Source of the DNA: Squalus acanthias
Taxonomy: Eukaryota
Direction: 5' to 3'
Assembly: GCA_030390025.1 (NCBI GenBank)
Contig: CM059425.1
Coordinates: 168,208,001-168,272,000, forward strand
DNA length: 64,000 nucleotides
Shown here: positions 1 through 14,289 of the stretch, piece after piece
Layout of the letters: every line of letters starts with the position of its first letter
Numbering within the stretch: the stretch's first letter is position 1
Position numbers and translations under genes: made by a program
The notes under the pieces: model-generated
The model's input: the letters and a program-made list of their open reading frames with translations, nothing else
Databases searched by the model: none
Told to the model about the DNA's origin: nothing

Positions 1-1654
1 GCTGGGGATGAGGGCTGCTGTTATAGGACCATCCTAAAATAAAGTGGGATTATATCCTATAGTATATTGGTGAAGTGGTATAGTTAGTGTATAAAAATAA
101 CATCTACAAAACAGATTGTGAATAATGTAAGAAAAGTCAAGGATGAGTAAAGAACATTTGGCTCCTTGAAGCTTATTCCCCAATCCCCTAACACACTCAT
201 TACAACATTGAGTTGCATTTTTGAACATTTTTGCCTCAACTCCCTGCTTGACAAACAATTCATAATATTAATTACTGTTTGAGCACCAAAGCACATTCAT
301 TTTCATTAGAATACAATGGGAATGTTGGTGGAATGGGGAGTTATAATCATGTGTAAACATATAATGTAATGACAATGAGAAACACCCTTATACCATGGTT
401 CAGTTTTTAAAAACCTGTCGTTTAATACCTGTTGGCTCATCTTAGTTGGCCCTACTTAACCAACTAATATGGCTGTGTGACCACAAGACTGCTATAACTG
501 TCCTCACACAGCAATGTTACACATGAATCACTTCAGCCAGTTTATCACAGACAGCGCTTCCTTCCTCAACACTATGAAGTAGAACTAAGAGAAGCCACAG
601 AGCTAGCTACCTTCACAGTATGGTCAAAATAAAATCAGCTCAGTACATTACTGTTTTTGTGTCCAACATTCCACCATAATCTTCAAAGGGTTCAACCCAG
701 CAGCCTCTTCCTTTCAACCAAATCAGCACGGACACTTCCTGCAGTTCTAAATGTTTGCTTTCTAACAGCCATTCTCCAGAAATGTGCACTTTGTACTGAG
801 ATAATACTTAATTAAAGCTATGCTATTAAAGCCATTTCAATTTTTTGATCTTTTGTCATGTACTAAACCTTTCACACTTACCAATCTATTCTCAAGGTGT
901 GCAACACATTGATGTTCAATGAAAAGGTTGTTCCATCCTGTCAAGCTGGGAGCAGACAATCACACATCACAGCAAGGCTCAAATATATGAAGAATGTATG
1001 TAAAATACATAATAAAATTAATATATTTGTAAGTATGTCAAAATGTCAGCCAGTACTCTCCATCACGCCATGGATCCACTGCCCCCGCAAGATCCCTCAG
1101 GCCTGTCACATACACCTCAGTCCAAGACTCTAAGAAGCTCTCTCCATTGAAGGTGCACACTGTAATATCAGTTTGAGGATGAGAATTTAGGCAGGTTCCC
1201 TTAGCACCTGTAGGTGTATCAATAGCTGGTTTTAGATTGGTTTTGTGCCATTGGCTTCTGGCATACAGCTCTCACACAGCTGACATCAACCCTCAAGTAA
1301 ACTTTGGGAACACTTGTCAAAAAAAAATGAAATTGTTTTCAAGCACAAGAAATCTAATTGTTTCCCTGTGTCATTCTATGATTATTACACACCCTAACAA
1401 CAAGAACAGAAGTACCAAGACTGCAATGTAGGGAAGATCAGGTTCATTTTCAATGAAACCAACAGGTGTCTAGTATGGTCATGGTTCCTAGAGTACCTCA
1501 TGCAATAATCAAATTGCAAGTTGAAAATCAGTAGCTCTTTGCCTGGTGTAATGGTAATGGTTTATTCCTTTTTCCCTTCCCCTTTCCCTTCTGTGGCAAC
1601 ACACTTTAGTATGAAGGCAACCCCTGTGCTGTTTGTCATACTTATGATGATCCA

Positions 1655-2096
1655 TCGCTGGTAAAATCTGCAGGATACAAATTCTGCGGCGGTGGCCAGA
1701 AGCCAGAGCAATCTGAAGAAGTTGGACAAGAGGTTTTTATTTGATGTCTCCCCAACAGAAGCCCTGATCTGGAAAGTAGTTTGATCCCTCTGGGATCAAT
1801 TATCAGTTGTTTCCTCGGTGGTGGGGCCTACACTAGGCCCAAAACAAAACTCTGCTCTCAGCATAGAGCTCTCAGGTCTCTGGACCTATCAGAGGCACAT
1901 CTGGCAGGATTCTCAGGGTGGCGGGGAAATGCTGCCAGGCACCCCCCAAACCACTGCCAGAATATAAGCGGAGAATGCAGAAGAAGCACATCCCCTTCTG
2001 CCAGATCACAATTTGCCATTTTTTTTGCGAATGGGCCAGGAACTTGGCGGATCTGGATTCCGCCCCATTCTCTAAACCCACCGACCAAATTTGCCC
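1655..2096. mobile_element. Degenerate Harbinger-type MITE fragment
   Basis: GC-rich stretch ending in ...caaatttgccc, like other Harbinger-derived termini here. Left end uncertain. Confidence 0.4.
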
Positions 2097-2104
2097 TGTC
2101 ATTG

Positions 2105-2660
2105 TACCACACTTAGAGTATTGTGCACAGTTCTGGTCTCCATATCATAAAAAGGATAGAGAGGCACTGAAGAAGGTGCAAAAAAGATTTATGAGGATGA
2201 TATCAGAACTGAGATGTTATACCTATCAGGAAAGATTGAACAGGCTGGAGATCTATTCTCTAGAAAACAGAAGGCTGAGGGGTGACCTGATAGAGGTCTT
2301 TAAAATGATAAAAGGTTTGATAGGGTAGACGTAGAGAAGACGTTTCCACTTGCGGGGGAGATCAGAATTAGGGGCCATAAATATAAGATAGTCACTAATA
2401 AATATAATAGGGAATTCAGGAGAAACTACTTTACACAAAGAGTGGTTAGAATGTGGAAGTTGCTACCACAAGGAGTAGTTGAGGCGATTAACATAGATGC
2501 ATATAAGGGGAAGCTAGATGAACACATGAGGGAGAAAGGAATGGAAGGATATTTTGATAGGGTTAGATGAAGTAGGTTGGGAGGAGGCTCGTGTGGAGCA
2601 TAAACACAGGCTTGTACCAGTTGGGCCAAATGGCCTGTTTCTGTGCTGTAGATTCTATAT
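2105..2660 (+). mobile_element. CR1 LINE 3' fragment
   Basis: PHLEYCAQFWSPYHKKD...RRLRGDLIEVFK (CR1 ORF2 C-terminus), then a 3' UTR ending ...ctgtgctgtagattctat. Confidence 0.9.
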
Positions 2661-2734
2661 AATACTTAGTACAAAGATCATGCAATTTGTAAATTTATCT
2701 CACCAGCACCTGATGCAACCTACATCTCCTTCCT

Positions 2735-3124
2735 TGGCTCAGTTGTTGCACTCTCACCTCTGAGTCAGAAAGTCATGGGTTCAAACCCCTACTCCAGAGT
2801 TTGGAGCATATAATCTAGACTGGCATTTCAGTACAGTACTGAAGGAGCACTGCAGTGTTGGAGGTGCCATCTTTCAGATAAGATGTTAAACTGAGGTTCT
2901 GTCTGCCCTCAGTGTCCTGGCCAACATTTACCTTCAACCAATATCACTAAAACAGATTATCTGAATCATTTAGCTCATTGGTGTGTGTGGGACCTGTACA
3001 AATTATTTGTCATATTTCCCTATAATAATGACTACACTTCAAAAAGTAATTAATTGGCTGTGAAGGGCTTTGGGATGTCCTGAGGTTGTGAAAAATGCTA
3101 TCTGAATGCAAGATCTTTCTTTTC
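2735..3124 (+). mobile_element. tRNA-derived SINE (Deu-domain/SacSINE1-like)
   Basis: A-box-like tggctcagttg and B-box ggttcaaac. Tail ctacacttcaaaaagt...gcaagatctttcttt is shared with 51655-51873 and 59355-59466. Confidence 0.75.
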
Positions 3125-6046
3125 ATAGGTATTACTGCCAGTGTGGAAGTCAAATAAGACACATGAAAGTTAAGCATGATCATTCCAATTCCACACCACC
3201 ACCTCTCTGTTTCATCACAGCCCCTCTGAAAGATAAGCCTTAATGAGCAGTTTGATAAACCGATCCTATAATGGAAATCCAAGGTGCAGAATGATTACAA
3301 AACACAGTCCATGACTATTAGAATAAAATGTGCAGTCTTTTGTTTTAAATAGATCCATTTGTCAGCATCATTAATTCCAAGATGAAGTTCTGCGCTTGGG
3401 CCAATTTGTTTTGGCAGATCTTTCAGGAAATGAATTATTTATGTGAAAAATTTAAATAACTTAAAAAGAAGATAAACATTACCTCACGGATTCAAGCATT
3501 TAAATAAGTTTAGTATTTCAGGTGCTTATAAAATGTTTAGGAAGGTATACTGAAAAGTAAATTTATGAAGCATTCAATTTATGATGTGGTGAAACAACTT
3601 TCACTCTGTTAACACTGTATAACATCTCTGCAACTAGTTGACAAAGAGAAACAGTATAGAACTTTTATACTTGAACATTAATCTAGTGCTTGGTTGAAAA
3701 GAATTGCTGATTTAATGATGGTACCAATCACAGGATATTATGTAACCACAGAAAGATCTGGAAATGGCAAAAAGAATGTATTCTAACTGAACAGATGTCT
3801 CATACCTTACATAGATTTTATGGCATTCACTGGACCACAGGAGATAGCCATTAACAATACAGAAATGTCACCTATCATCATCGTTGGAGATAGAAGTTCG
3901 GTTTAGGAATGCTCATAATTTTTTTATTCTGTGTAGATGAGTGGGAAGTAGGTATTAAAATGGTTCAGAACTGCTGTTTGCACCAAAGTCTACACTTGCT
4001 GCAGGTCACGGTTAGACCACATTTTTACATGCTGCCATAGTTATACCGGGTAGCTGGAGTCCGTTTTTAATTGGCCACCTTCCAGTGCAGTTAAGGAACC
4101 TATCATGAAGAAAAGGAAGTTCCTCCAACTGACTTCTATACCCACATAGATTAAAAAAAACAAGACTGATAAGATTACTACTTCTACTATCGTAATACGG
4201 TTAAAATACCACAGAAGTAAAAGCTTGCAGCAACCCCCATAGTAAAGGCATTCACTATGTTATTGAACACAGCCACTATTGGTTTATCTGAGTTTACACT
4301 GTGGTTTGGGATAGAGTGCAATCACTTTTCCTTAAATATACAGATGGAAGTCTGCAGTTCATAGTGCACATTCCATGTAGTATATATTAGGCAGATCAGC
4401 CAGGCCTGATCTTAAAAAAAGACAGAACATATTTAAAAAGTAGACTGTAGCTATTTCAGTACATGAATAATCAACAACAACAAAAAAATCAGCAAACCAA
4501 TACAAGGAAGAGGAACACAAAATGGATATAATGCAACAAAAACTAACTGGAGAATTCAAGTGAAACACTGGGAATTGTGTGTGAAAAGTATTTGAGACAT
4601 AAATGGCTTACATCTTATTGGAGTACTGCAGTAATGTTAACAACATTTGTGCTGATATCAGTTTCCAATAATGTCAACCGTGGTAAATTCTACTTGCCAA
4701 TTCACCAGGGCATGTCACCTCTCAAGTCTCAACAAGTCAAGTTGGAAGGAAGCCAATACTCATCCTGTTCAAGTGGCACCAGCATGTCTCTTCCTCCATC
4801 TCTAATTCTTCCTTGTCACTTTCACTGCCTTATGCTGTTTCTTTTCCTTAGCAACCTGATGCATCCTGGCCCTTCCTTTTCGTACAAATCTATCCGTAAT
4901 TGTCAACTTTTTTACAAGAGTGCAAAATGTAGACATTTGGGCTCCTCTGATGGTTCAGTTGGTAAAGATGCTGGCCAGTGTAAAACTGAGTCAGACAAAC
5001 CTGATGGTCACACTGTGATCTCCCCAAACTCATTCTGATCACCTCCGGGGGTCAGATGGGAATTTCCCAGGTTTTCTTCCCTCAATTGGCCGAGGGGTTT
5101 TATTTCTCTGTGTTTTCACCTCTCCTAGGAGATTACATGACTATAAGCAGGAGGGTACACTGGGAGTCATGATGCTTAGTTGCATTTTGACTGTTTGGAA
5201 CAGGCTCGATGGACCAGCCAGTCTTTTCCTATCCGTCTTTTCGAAGAGAAAAGGAAAAGATCAGGAACATACGGGTTTTGAGCCTCAGTCTGTGCAGAAT
5301 TGTCCAATAACAGCTGGAATGGTGATGGAAATGCTACAATTAGCATTAAAACCCTTGGCTAATGTTCCCATTCCCATTTGAAAGTGTACATAGATGGGGT
5401 CAGCATTAGACTGAGATGTGAAGCTCCCCATGGTTGAATATCCTACCAACGCTCACTGTATAGGTTCACACATGAAGAATGGACACTTAAACAAGGTACC
5501 AAAGAGTGGCCAGTAGCAGCAGAACTCTACTCTAGTATTAATTGCCTTTAGGAGAGAATATTCAAGGGGAAGAAAAGAAAACAACGCACCTCATCCCCAG
5601 AAAAAAATGTGCTGTAAAGAAAAATAATTTTCTCCATGTAAGTGTGCATGGATCATGAACCCATTCCCTGTACTTTTCAGAAAATTATAACAATAATGGA
5701 CTGTGTTTAACTCCAATGGATAACAAAGGTCTATTTTACTCATTTGTTGGGATTCATTTCCTCCAGCACAAGTTTAGTATGTAATTTGGGTTGAATGAAA
5801 GGTTAATTTAAACAAACTGGGGGGGGGGGGAGGAAGGGAAAGTGGAACTGAGTTTACACATTGTTCATTATGTTATGTACAAACTGAGCAAACTGTTGAG
5901 GTAATCTGATGACACAGAAGTGATCTGACCAGACCGAGTAGCATGTTAATTGGGTCAGATCTGGTCTCCTCTGTGATACATTTTAAAACTGCATTAATAT
6001 TATGAACTCCTAAAACCAATCAGCAGATCAAAAGTGGCTGCAGACT

Positions 6047-6245
6047 ACATAAGAACATAAGGAATAGGAGCAGGAGTAGGCCGTTCGGCCCTTCGAGCCT
6101 GCTCCGCCATTCAATGGCTGATCTTCGACCTCAACTCCATCCTCCCACATTATCCCCATATCTCTTGATTCCCTTAATATCCAAAAATCTATCGATCTCT
6201 GTCTTGAATATACTCAACGACTGAGCATTCACAGCCCTCTGGGGA
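6047..6245 (-). mobile_element. CR1 LINE 3' end fragment
   Basis: acataagaacataag...gagcaggagtaggcc tail, near-identical to 28745 onward. Confidence 0.85.
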
Positions 6246-6409
6246 CTTCTGCTAAATAAACAAATCTTCTTACATAGTATAGATTGCTGACCAAACAACG
6301 GATTCACATCTCCTTTTGGACTGAATTTATCAAAAGTAAAACATAAATTGAGAGTAGAAGGGTGTTTACAAGTGTTGTAGCCCTGCTGTGCAATGCTGTA
6401 TCGCCACTA

Positions 6410-6735
6410 CAATACATAGTGCTTATGGTCCTTAACTAGCAACCCAGAGATAACAAGTTCAAATCCCACCTTAATAAGTTATGAACTGAATGCAATAAAT
6501 ATGGTAATTCATGGGCTAGCTCCAAGAAAATAACCATAAAATATGCCAGATAGTCATGACCTGCCATCCTTACTCAGTCTGGTATACACGTGACTCCAGT
6601 TCCACATGACATGGTTGAGTCTTAATGCCCTCCAAACTGGCCTGGCAAGCCATTCAGTTGTAACACAATTTTTCCAGGAAGGTGGCCCATTTCCACCTTC
6701 TGAGAGCAACTAGGGATGGGCAATAAATGCAGCAC
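6410..6735 (+). mobile_element. SINE-like element made of the tRNA-like head and 3' tail of the 38049-42040 LINE
   Basis: gttcaaatcccacc B-box, central ctgccatccttac...gtgactccag...ggttga..cttaatgccctc block, and tail gcaactagggatgggcaataaatgc. Confidence 0.7.
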
Positions 6736-8968
6736 AAGACTACTGGCTCCAAGGAGTCTCACCCTGTTTCACTCTGGAGTCAGGTTGAGCCCTCACTCCA
6801 GATTTTTACTGTAAGCTTAGCCTCACTGAAAGCTGAAGTTACTTTGAACCATAACTGAACGTGCAGTGTAAATGCACCTTTATTTGCAAGGATCCAAATT
6901 TTGGGATAGTTTATGTTGAGATGTTCACGAACCTTTAAGAAAATAACAATGTGCGAGCAGAGTGAGTTAAATTTGCTGTTTTGACATGATTTAGAGCATA
7001 TATAAAAGTTTTGAATTCTTCTGAACAAATCCCCAAAACTTAGTTGGACATATGCATCTATGACAGGAGAAAGGTTAGTTCAAAATGTATGTTCTTCCAT
7101 TTAGTGAAAGTATTTGTGACGTAAATGAAACATTTATGTCGAAGATTTAGCATGGTATCGTATTCTTCAATTCTGTCACAGTACATAAAGGATTGAAAAC
7201 TAAATTCATTGACAAAAATCATGTCCCAGCTAAATTGTATATAATTGCTACGGAATTAGTCCTTATGCTAGAGAGAGGGGGGTCAAGGCATTCAATTCAA
7301 ATACAAACATGGGATCGTTCTAAAGGTATTTGGCAGTATTTTTTAATTTAGCAGTTATTTAAATCAGTTTGGTCCTGTACACTCTTTTGAAGCTAATCAC
7401 CCTGCCTTGTTCCAATTGAGTCTGTCTGAAGCATTCAAGATAGATAATTAGAACAGCTTCCATAGGTAGCATGAAAAAGAAAGAAGCAGCTATGTAAAAG
7501 TATTACTTATACCAGTTTAGCCCAGGAGTGGCAAATTATTTATTATTTAAGGAGTTAGCTAAGCTTAATGAATATTTTAAATATATATATGTTACAGCTG
7601 CAGTTTGCTTCTTCTATACTGTTCTATGAACTTCTAGGCAGTGATAGTCTAAGTCAAAGTTTAATGTAGTGTTATTCTGCCGCCTTCAGAAGACAAGGAG
7701 GATCATGTGAGATCACGGATTAAACACAAGCGGGTTCTCTGTTTCCTGGGCTCACTAATGATTTACCTAGATAACTAAGCAAGGGAATCCATCATCCCTG
7801 GGACGCAGGGACCTTGGCCTGAAATATCGAAGCCAAAGATATTAGAGTTAAAAAATGGGGCAGCATTGTCAGCATAAGTAGCTTATAATTTCAAAATAGG
7901 TTTAGTTATAATTAACATCGAATGCCTCAAGAAATGAAAAATTGTATTAAAAAGTAAAGATTGTATGCATAAAAACCTCAATAATATTCACGAACGCAGG
8001 CCTGATTTTAGAAACTATTGCTGGTGAATGGCTTTTGGAAAGCAGTGCTGCTCCACTGGAGCAGATGTTTTGTTTGTGATATAGTCAGAGCATTTAATTC
8101 CAAACATAATCTGACAGTAGTTGGTGCATGGCTGTCCAGTCGGGATTCAAACTCCCATGTAAAAGCCAAGCTCTTGTAACCCTAAAGTAAGATTTTGAGA
8201 CAAGCAACTTTGAATATATGAAAACCAAAATGTATCGCATCAGACCTCAAGGTTAACATCTTTCAACGTCAGAGAAATACCACCACAAATTTATATGGAC
8301 AACAAGGTAAATGCCTATTTTATTAAACAATTGCATCCGTCTGTTTCTCGTCTCATGGTTTCTGCAGTTTAAATGGAGTGATGGGAGGTATGTTTTTATA
8401 GTTTATATTTTTTATTTGTTTTATATTATATTTGGTGATCCATTCACCCAATTTCTGCAGCAGTCAGCTTTCTGCTTAAATGGGTATGCACCCCTACTGT
8501 CCAAGTCCTTGCTATCTTGGAGCAATTGCAAACTACAAGACAACTGGCGCAATCCAATGCAAATTGGTTACATTTGCAGGGGATACCAGGCTATGAGGAG
8601 CAGTTAATTGGAGGAGGCTGTCAGAAATCACAACATTTGCAAAAAAGGCAGAATAATAGCAAATAAAATTTAATGCAGACAAATGTACTCCACACAGGAA
8701 GCAACAGTGGGTGACAAATGTACTCCATGAGGTGCTCAAATAGTTAAAGATGAAGTTGAAAAAGACCTAGGGGTAAATTTTCATCTTCACCACCTGGACA
8801 GTAATGTGGTGGAGTGGATCACTCGCACAGTACAGAACCCACCTGATTTTCATTCCATTGATTTCAATAATACATATATTATCTATTATAAAATATATAT
8901 GTTAATAGACTTGCGAGATGTGTCCAGTTATGGTCACTAAGACACACAGGAGACATTCAATTCCTGAT

Positions 8969-9070
8969 GAAGTTCTGACGAAGGGTCATCGACCTGAAAG
9001 GTTAACTCTGTTTCTCTCTCCACAGATGCTGCCTGACCTGCTGAGTATTTCCAGCATTTTCTGTTTTTAT
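8969..9070 (+). mobile_element. Penelope-like terminal repeat fragment with a hammerhead-like motif, 13-bp flanking duplication
   Basis: agttctgacgaagggtcatcgacctgaaaggttaact...; ttcaattcctgat at 8956-8968 and 9071-9083. Confidence 0.75.
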
Positions 9071-9180
9071 TTCAATTCCTGATAGCAGTTTAAAAATACC
9101 ATAAAGCTGATACTGTTAGAGGTTTGAATTATGAGTAAATACTAGAGGAAATTGGACTTTTCCACCAGGAAAGTGTCTAT

Positions 9181-10955
9181 GGCCGCGATTTTACTAACCT
9201 CGGCGGGTCCGGTGTGGCCGCAGTCGGTGGCGGGTCACGACCTCTATGCTGGCTCCATCCCGCTCTGTGAAATGAATTTCCCTTGATGGGGCTTGTTAAG
9301 CCAGCCCAGCGCGTCTCCCGGCCAATTAGAGGAAGCGGGTCTGGTGACGTCATTTCATGACGCGTCATCAGCCGGTTTCCTTAAAGGGACCATGTCCAAA
9401 TTTAGTTTGACATTTGTGCTGTCAGTGTTCTACAGCATTGAGGTGCTGCAAACACTGACAATGACGGCACAAAGGCACAGGGCTGCACCCAGGCTCTCCC
9501 ATGACTCCTTCCATATGCTTATGGGGGGAGTCACAGCACGCAGGGAGGTCCTCTTCCCTTCCCATGAGTGGAAGAGACCTCCCCAGGAGATCAACGCAGC
9601 CTGGTTGCACGTTGTACAGGAGGACACAAGCAGGCATGTGGTCAGGAGGACCAGGCTGCAGTGCCGCAAACATTTCAATGATCTCAGTAGATCACGAAAC
9701 GGTACTGCAAAGCCACACTCAACTTCATCCTGCTGTGCCACTCATCACATCCCCATCACTCTGCCTTTCCTACCCTACAACTGCACATCCTTACTCACAC
9801 CAACTTACCTTGCACCACCACCCATCCCTCTCTATCTATATTATCACATCCCCATCTCACTAGCCACCCCTCACACTCACTCTCATCCTAGTGCAATCAT
9901 ACCAACTAACAACACACAAGGATAGGCACTTGGGTGTTTTATGCAATGTTCGTGTAAAGTTTCTGTTAAAGTGGTGTCAAACATTGAAACCATTATTTTC
10001 TACACATTGTATTCTTGGACAGATTTGTATGCACCTTTGGAAGTGGCATAGTGAGTTGCAGTGATGGTGAGACATAACAGTACACCCCGCAATGGTGATG
10101 AGTGTGAAAGGAATGGCTTGGAATTGTAGGTGTTGGTGTGGGGTGGTGCCAACCTGGCGCATCATGTGGCAGCCATATGGGTGTACAGCGTCAAGTGAAG
10201 TAAATCTGGCCATGGTGAGGCCATCCCTGGCCTCCTGGGCAGCAATGTGGTCAGGTGCTGATGCCTCTGTCCTGTGCAGCTTCAGGTGACTGAGGAGAAG
10301 GTTGGTGGTGTTGTTGTTGGTGCTGCTGGTGTGCCTGGTGCTGCTGGTGTTGGGGCTGATTGTGGTGGGATTCTGAGGACCAAGGTGAGAGAGTATAAAG
10401 GGCACCCATGCTAATGGAATAGATGGCAGGTGAAATAGAGATGACAGAAGCGGTCTGTCAATGGTGGGAGAGGTAATGAGGTCAGACTGGATGGAGACTT
10501 GTGTAAAGACTTGCAGCATGGTGAATCTGTTGTGGAAATGCAGTGAGGAAGAGCTTGTGGCTGAGGGAAGATATCTCTGTAAGGTGGGAGCTTTTAGTTT
10601 ACATTTGAAGCTGTCAACTCATCAGCTGATTCAATGGCCACTGAACTCCCGCCTCAGCTTCACAGATGAGGTCCACGACCAGCGTGGACCCCGTGGGCGA
10701 GCTGTCAAATGCAGAATGTGAGCTGAAATTCATTCTTAAGTGGCTCTAAACAAGCCACTAATTACCTGAATTGGGTCCCCCACTGTGAAACCGCTGCTGC
10801 GTGTCGGGTCTGCTCAGCGCTGACAGACCCGACATCGGGGAAAGGCGCATGGCGGCGGGTTCACAGCGGTGTCCCGACCCGCTGGGGAAAAAAAACACTT
10901 TCCCACCCGACCCGCCACCGATCGCACCCGCTGACCCCCCCACAAAATTCCGGCC
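9181..10955 (+). mobile_element. Non-autonomous Harbinger element (Myb/SANT exon on +, deleted transposase on -)
   Basis: Imperfect TIRs ggccgcgatttt / aaaattccggcc. Myb/SANT-like peptide from 9461 (AAPRLSHDS...W...RTRLQCRKHFNDL). Transposase N- and C-terminal remnants on the minus strand at about 10190-10409. Confidence 0.8.
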
Positions 10956-11019
10956 TGAGAGTTGATTTTTCAGGTATATAAAATTAACAGCATAGAAGAG
11001 GTAAATTCAGAAAATTAAT

Positions 11020-11285
11020 ACAAACTTAATTGTGAGAAGAGGACAAGGGGATGCACTTGAAACTAATAAAAGGCAAATTTAGGCCTGATATCATGAGGTT
11101 CTTCACACCAAGAGTGACCAATACACGGAACGAACTTCCAGACAGAGCAGTGCAGGAAAAAAACCCTGTAATCATTTAATAACCAATTGTATGCTGCTGT
11201 GTGGTGAGTTTACGGTCATTCTGGATGGATCAAGTATGACGGGCCAATCGGCCTCCCTCATCCATAATTATCTTGTGATCTTGTA
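11020..11285 (+). mobile_element. Old CR1 3' fragment
   Basis: ggacaagggg...aaactaataaaaggcaaatttagg...ttcttcacaccaagagtg, typical of a CR1 ORF2 end/3' UTR. Confidence 0.6.
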
Positions 11286-13768
11286 GAGGAGGTGTACTCC
11301 TCCATGGCATCCATTTTAGTAGTAGCCATGGAAGGGATTCCTTATTGACTTCAATGAGCTGGTGTCTTTATGTAGGGAAACATTAGATTTGGACTATTTT
11401 AATTTGGGGGAGTTTGAATAAATGTGATCACTAATCAATTGTAGGAAGTCATGTGCAAAATATGACATTTTCCAGCCGAAATCAGACCTATGACGTATCT
11501 AGAATCCCCAATTCCAGTGGGAAAAGAGCCTCTTGCTTCTTCTGTATATCCCAGGAGGAGGAAAGAAAGCGTTTAGAGGTTAAAAAACTACAGTGTCCAT
11601 AATTCCAAGCGTGCTAGCCCTAGCTGGGTGGGGTCAGTCAAAATAAGTGTCAATCAGTAAGTATTCCTGACCATTCTCAGCATGAACGTTCCTGCTAAGC
11701 TATGCTGCGCAGCTGTCTGGATGTCCCGTGCAGGCCGCTTACTGGCTTTTGAATGGGAGATTTTGCGCATACGCAAAATTTTTAATGGGCCGCACAGCCC
11801 GTTAAAGGGACCGCGCACCCAAAAAAAAATTAGGGGGAACATTGCTCAGCAGTCATTGGTATGCTGTGTGAGGAAAAACGAAAGCTGATGCAAATGCTAA
11901 TCAGACAGACGGCAATTTACAGTCAGGTTCGTTTTTACCCGCTGTGTGCCGCATGTGAGATAGACAGTTCTGAAGCTGCAATGCTGGCACTTAGAAAGCA
12001 AGCTGTCAGGCAGGCTCTGAAGACAGCCAACACAAAAAGATTTGGAAAAAAGAAAGCAGAGAGAGAAGAGAGAAAATGCAAAAGGTTAGTAACAGATGAG
12101 AAAAGACAATTAAGAAATGAGGGGAAAAAAGGGGAACCAAAATATAGATAAGAAAGGGAAATAGGGAGATGAGCAAAACTGTCATCTTCACACTGCACTG
12201 TAGGATGCAGTATTGGCTGGATTTCCACAGCAATGCAAACTAGAAGAAACATTTTCACATTCTGTCCTGATTGTTGTGAAATTGGGAAAAACAGCTCCAT
12301 GGATGGATAGGCAAACATGTGCAAGGAGCACTTTCACTGGCCTCCCTTCACCAGTGTGATTGAAATGAGCTAACAAGTCAGCTGCCTTCAATCATTAAAA
12401 TGTGCACAGTGGGCTGCTGAAGTTTGATTTTAACTTTGACTACTTACCATTTTTGTCAGGACTTTGTACCTACTAGTTTTGAATTACAGCTTGTGCGATA
12501 CTGGTGCGTAACCATCTCCTCCAAGTGGTTTCACTTGCAGGCAACTAATGTGCATTTTTCCATTTTCCATTGCACTTTTGCCGTTCACATTCAGGCCTTG
12601 TTCCCCTGATTTTTGTGGGCTGGGTCTTTGATTGGCTGGTTCAGAGTTTGAGAGGTGTGCCTGAAAGGCTTCAAAGTAATTCAGCCACATTAAAATCAAT
12701 AATCATTTTAAATTTGACCAATTGTAGCCAGTTTCAGAAAGTAACAAGTGGTAGGTAGTCACTTATAAAATATGAAAATGGTTCACTTCAATGGTTCTGA
12801 TTAGCTCTAGGTTTCCAATGGTCAGAAGCAAATGTTATGAAATATGATCAAAGATACTACTTTTCACCCTTCCCCACCCTTCAGCAGATGGGGGTACAAA
12901 AACTATTCCCAATATTCCAGATGCCTTCACAAGGTGTAAGTAGAAATGAGGGAGGTATGGTTTTCTATATTTACAGAGCCCTAGAAAACTAGGCAATGTT
13001 CCAACAGCAAATGTTGTTTAGCCCTTCGAGTACTTTACAAATGTACACGTTTACTCTTGACATCTGTGAAAATAATTTGCTGTAGGTTATTAATGCTAAC
13101 TCTTTTTGAATGAAAACAATGAGCATTCCCTAATTCACATTCAGAATTATCTGAATTGGGCCAAAATTTGATTATTTGCAATTTATTCTGTCCGGGTGTA
13201 ATTAGAATCAATTCGACATTGAAAAATTGTATTTTTATTTTCTACGTTACTCATTGCATTTATCCAACGTATTAACCATGTACAATCAGCATTGCTGGCC
13301 TTCAACGGCAGGCTGAGGACCTACAGCCAGAATAAAATAGCAGCCCCAGGCACCTAAACTACTTACTAAGGTGGATCGCAACACAAAAAGCTGCCTCATT
13401 TGTGTCATGACGCGAGCTCCAAATGGAAGTGGGGTGTTAGATGACCTCTTCTGTAAGGGAGCAGTGCTAATAAAGTGTAAGTACCTGCCAGGAAGACTTT
13501 GGCTGTGAGCTATGCATGGCAAAATCATAAACATGTTCTTCATAAACGTGTTTATACTTTATCAACACATAACACACAGAGGAAATATTCCCACTGGTGT
13601 GTACAGTAGCAATTGTACTCATGTTACTTTGCTTATATACACTGGGCAAATTAATCAGTAGGTACTGGAAACCAGTTGCAACTTTTAAACAATTTGTTTA
13701 ACAAAGGGGTGCCGAGAACTGTGAAAGTATAGAATAAGAAATGGGTGTGTTGCCCACCTCAGACAGGA

Positions 13769-14226
13769 GGGGGCAAAATTTACAGTCAGAAATCGTGGCG
13801 AAACTGGTGCCAACCGCAACATGGTGGGAGTCATCGATGAGACCATGTAAGTACTTGGATTACCTTTTCTAATGATTCCGTGTGGGCCAGAGGAGCAGGA
13901 GTGCTGCCCCTGGGCCCCGCAAGAAGCCCTTGGGCTTCCTCAGCCCCAGCCTTGCCTGTCCCTCCCAGTGCTGACACTCCCGGGGATCTCCCCCACCCTA
14001 GCACTAACTTCATGTCAGGGACCGTTCCTTTTGGTGGCCGGGTGTCCTCGAGCCCTCGATACAATTTCGGCTCCCGCCCGCTGGCACTTCGGGCCAGAGA
14101 CAGTGATGGATTATTCAAGTGAGCCCCGGGTGTTCAAATGGCACGAGCCTCACGCTGAGGTCTCGGTGTGGGCTTCCCTGCCACCCCCCACCCACCCCAA
14201 ACGTGCCCCCAGTTAAACTCGACCCC
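13769..14226. mobile_element. Harbinger-type MITE
   Basis: GC-rich island bounded by ggggg caaaattt and aaactcgacccc. Its interior (ggagcaggagtgc) resembles the 18622 element. Confidence 0.55.
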
Positions 14227-14289
14227 ATACAATCTGCACTGTCAGTGGCTCTTACTTTATTGCCCAGAATATGCTGGAGCGGTGTGCCC

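Noticed and set aside
4359..5038. Hydrophobic ORFs as further transporter exons
   Set aside because: No OATP motifs or compatible splice sites.
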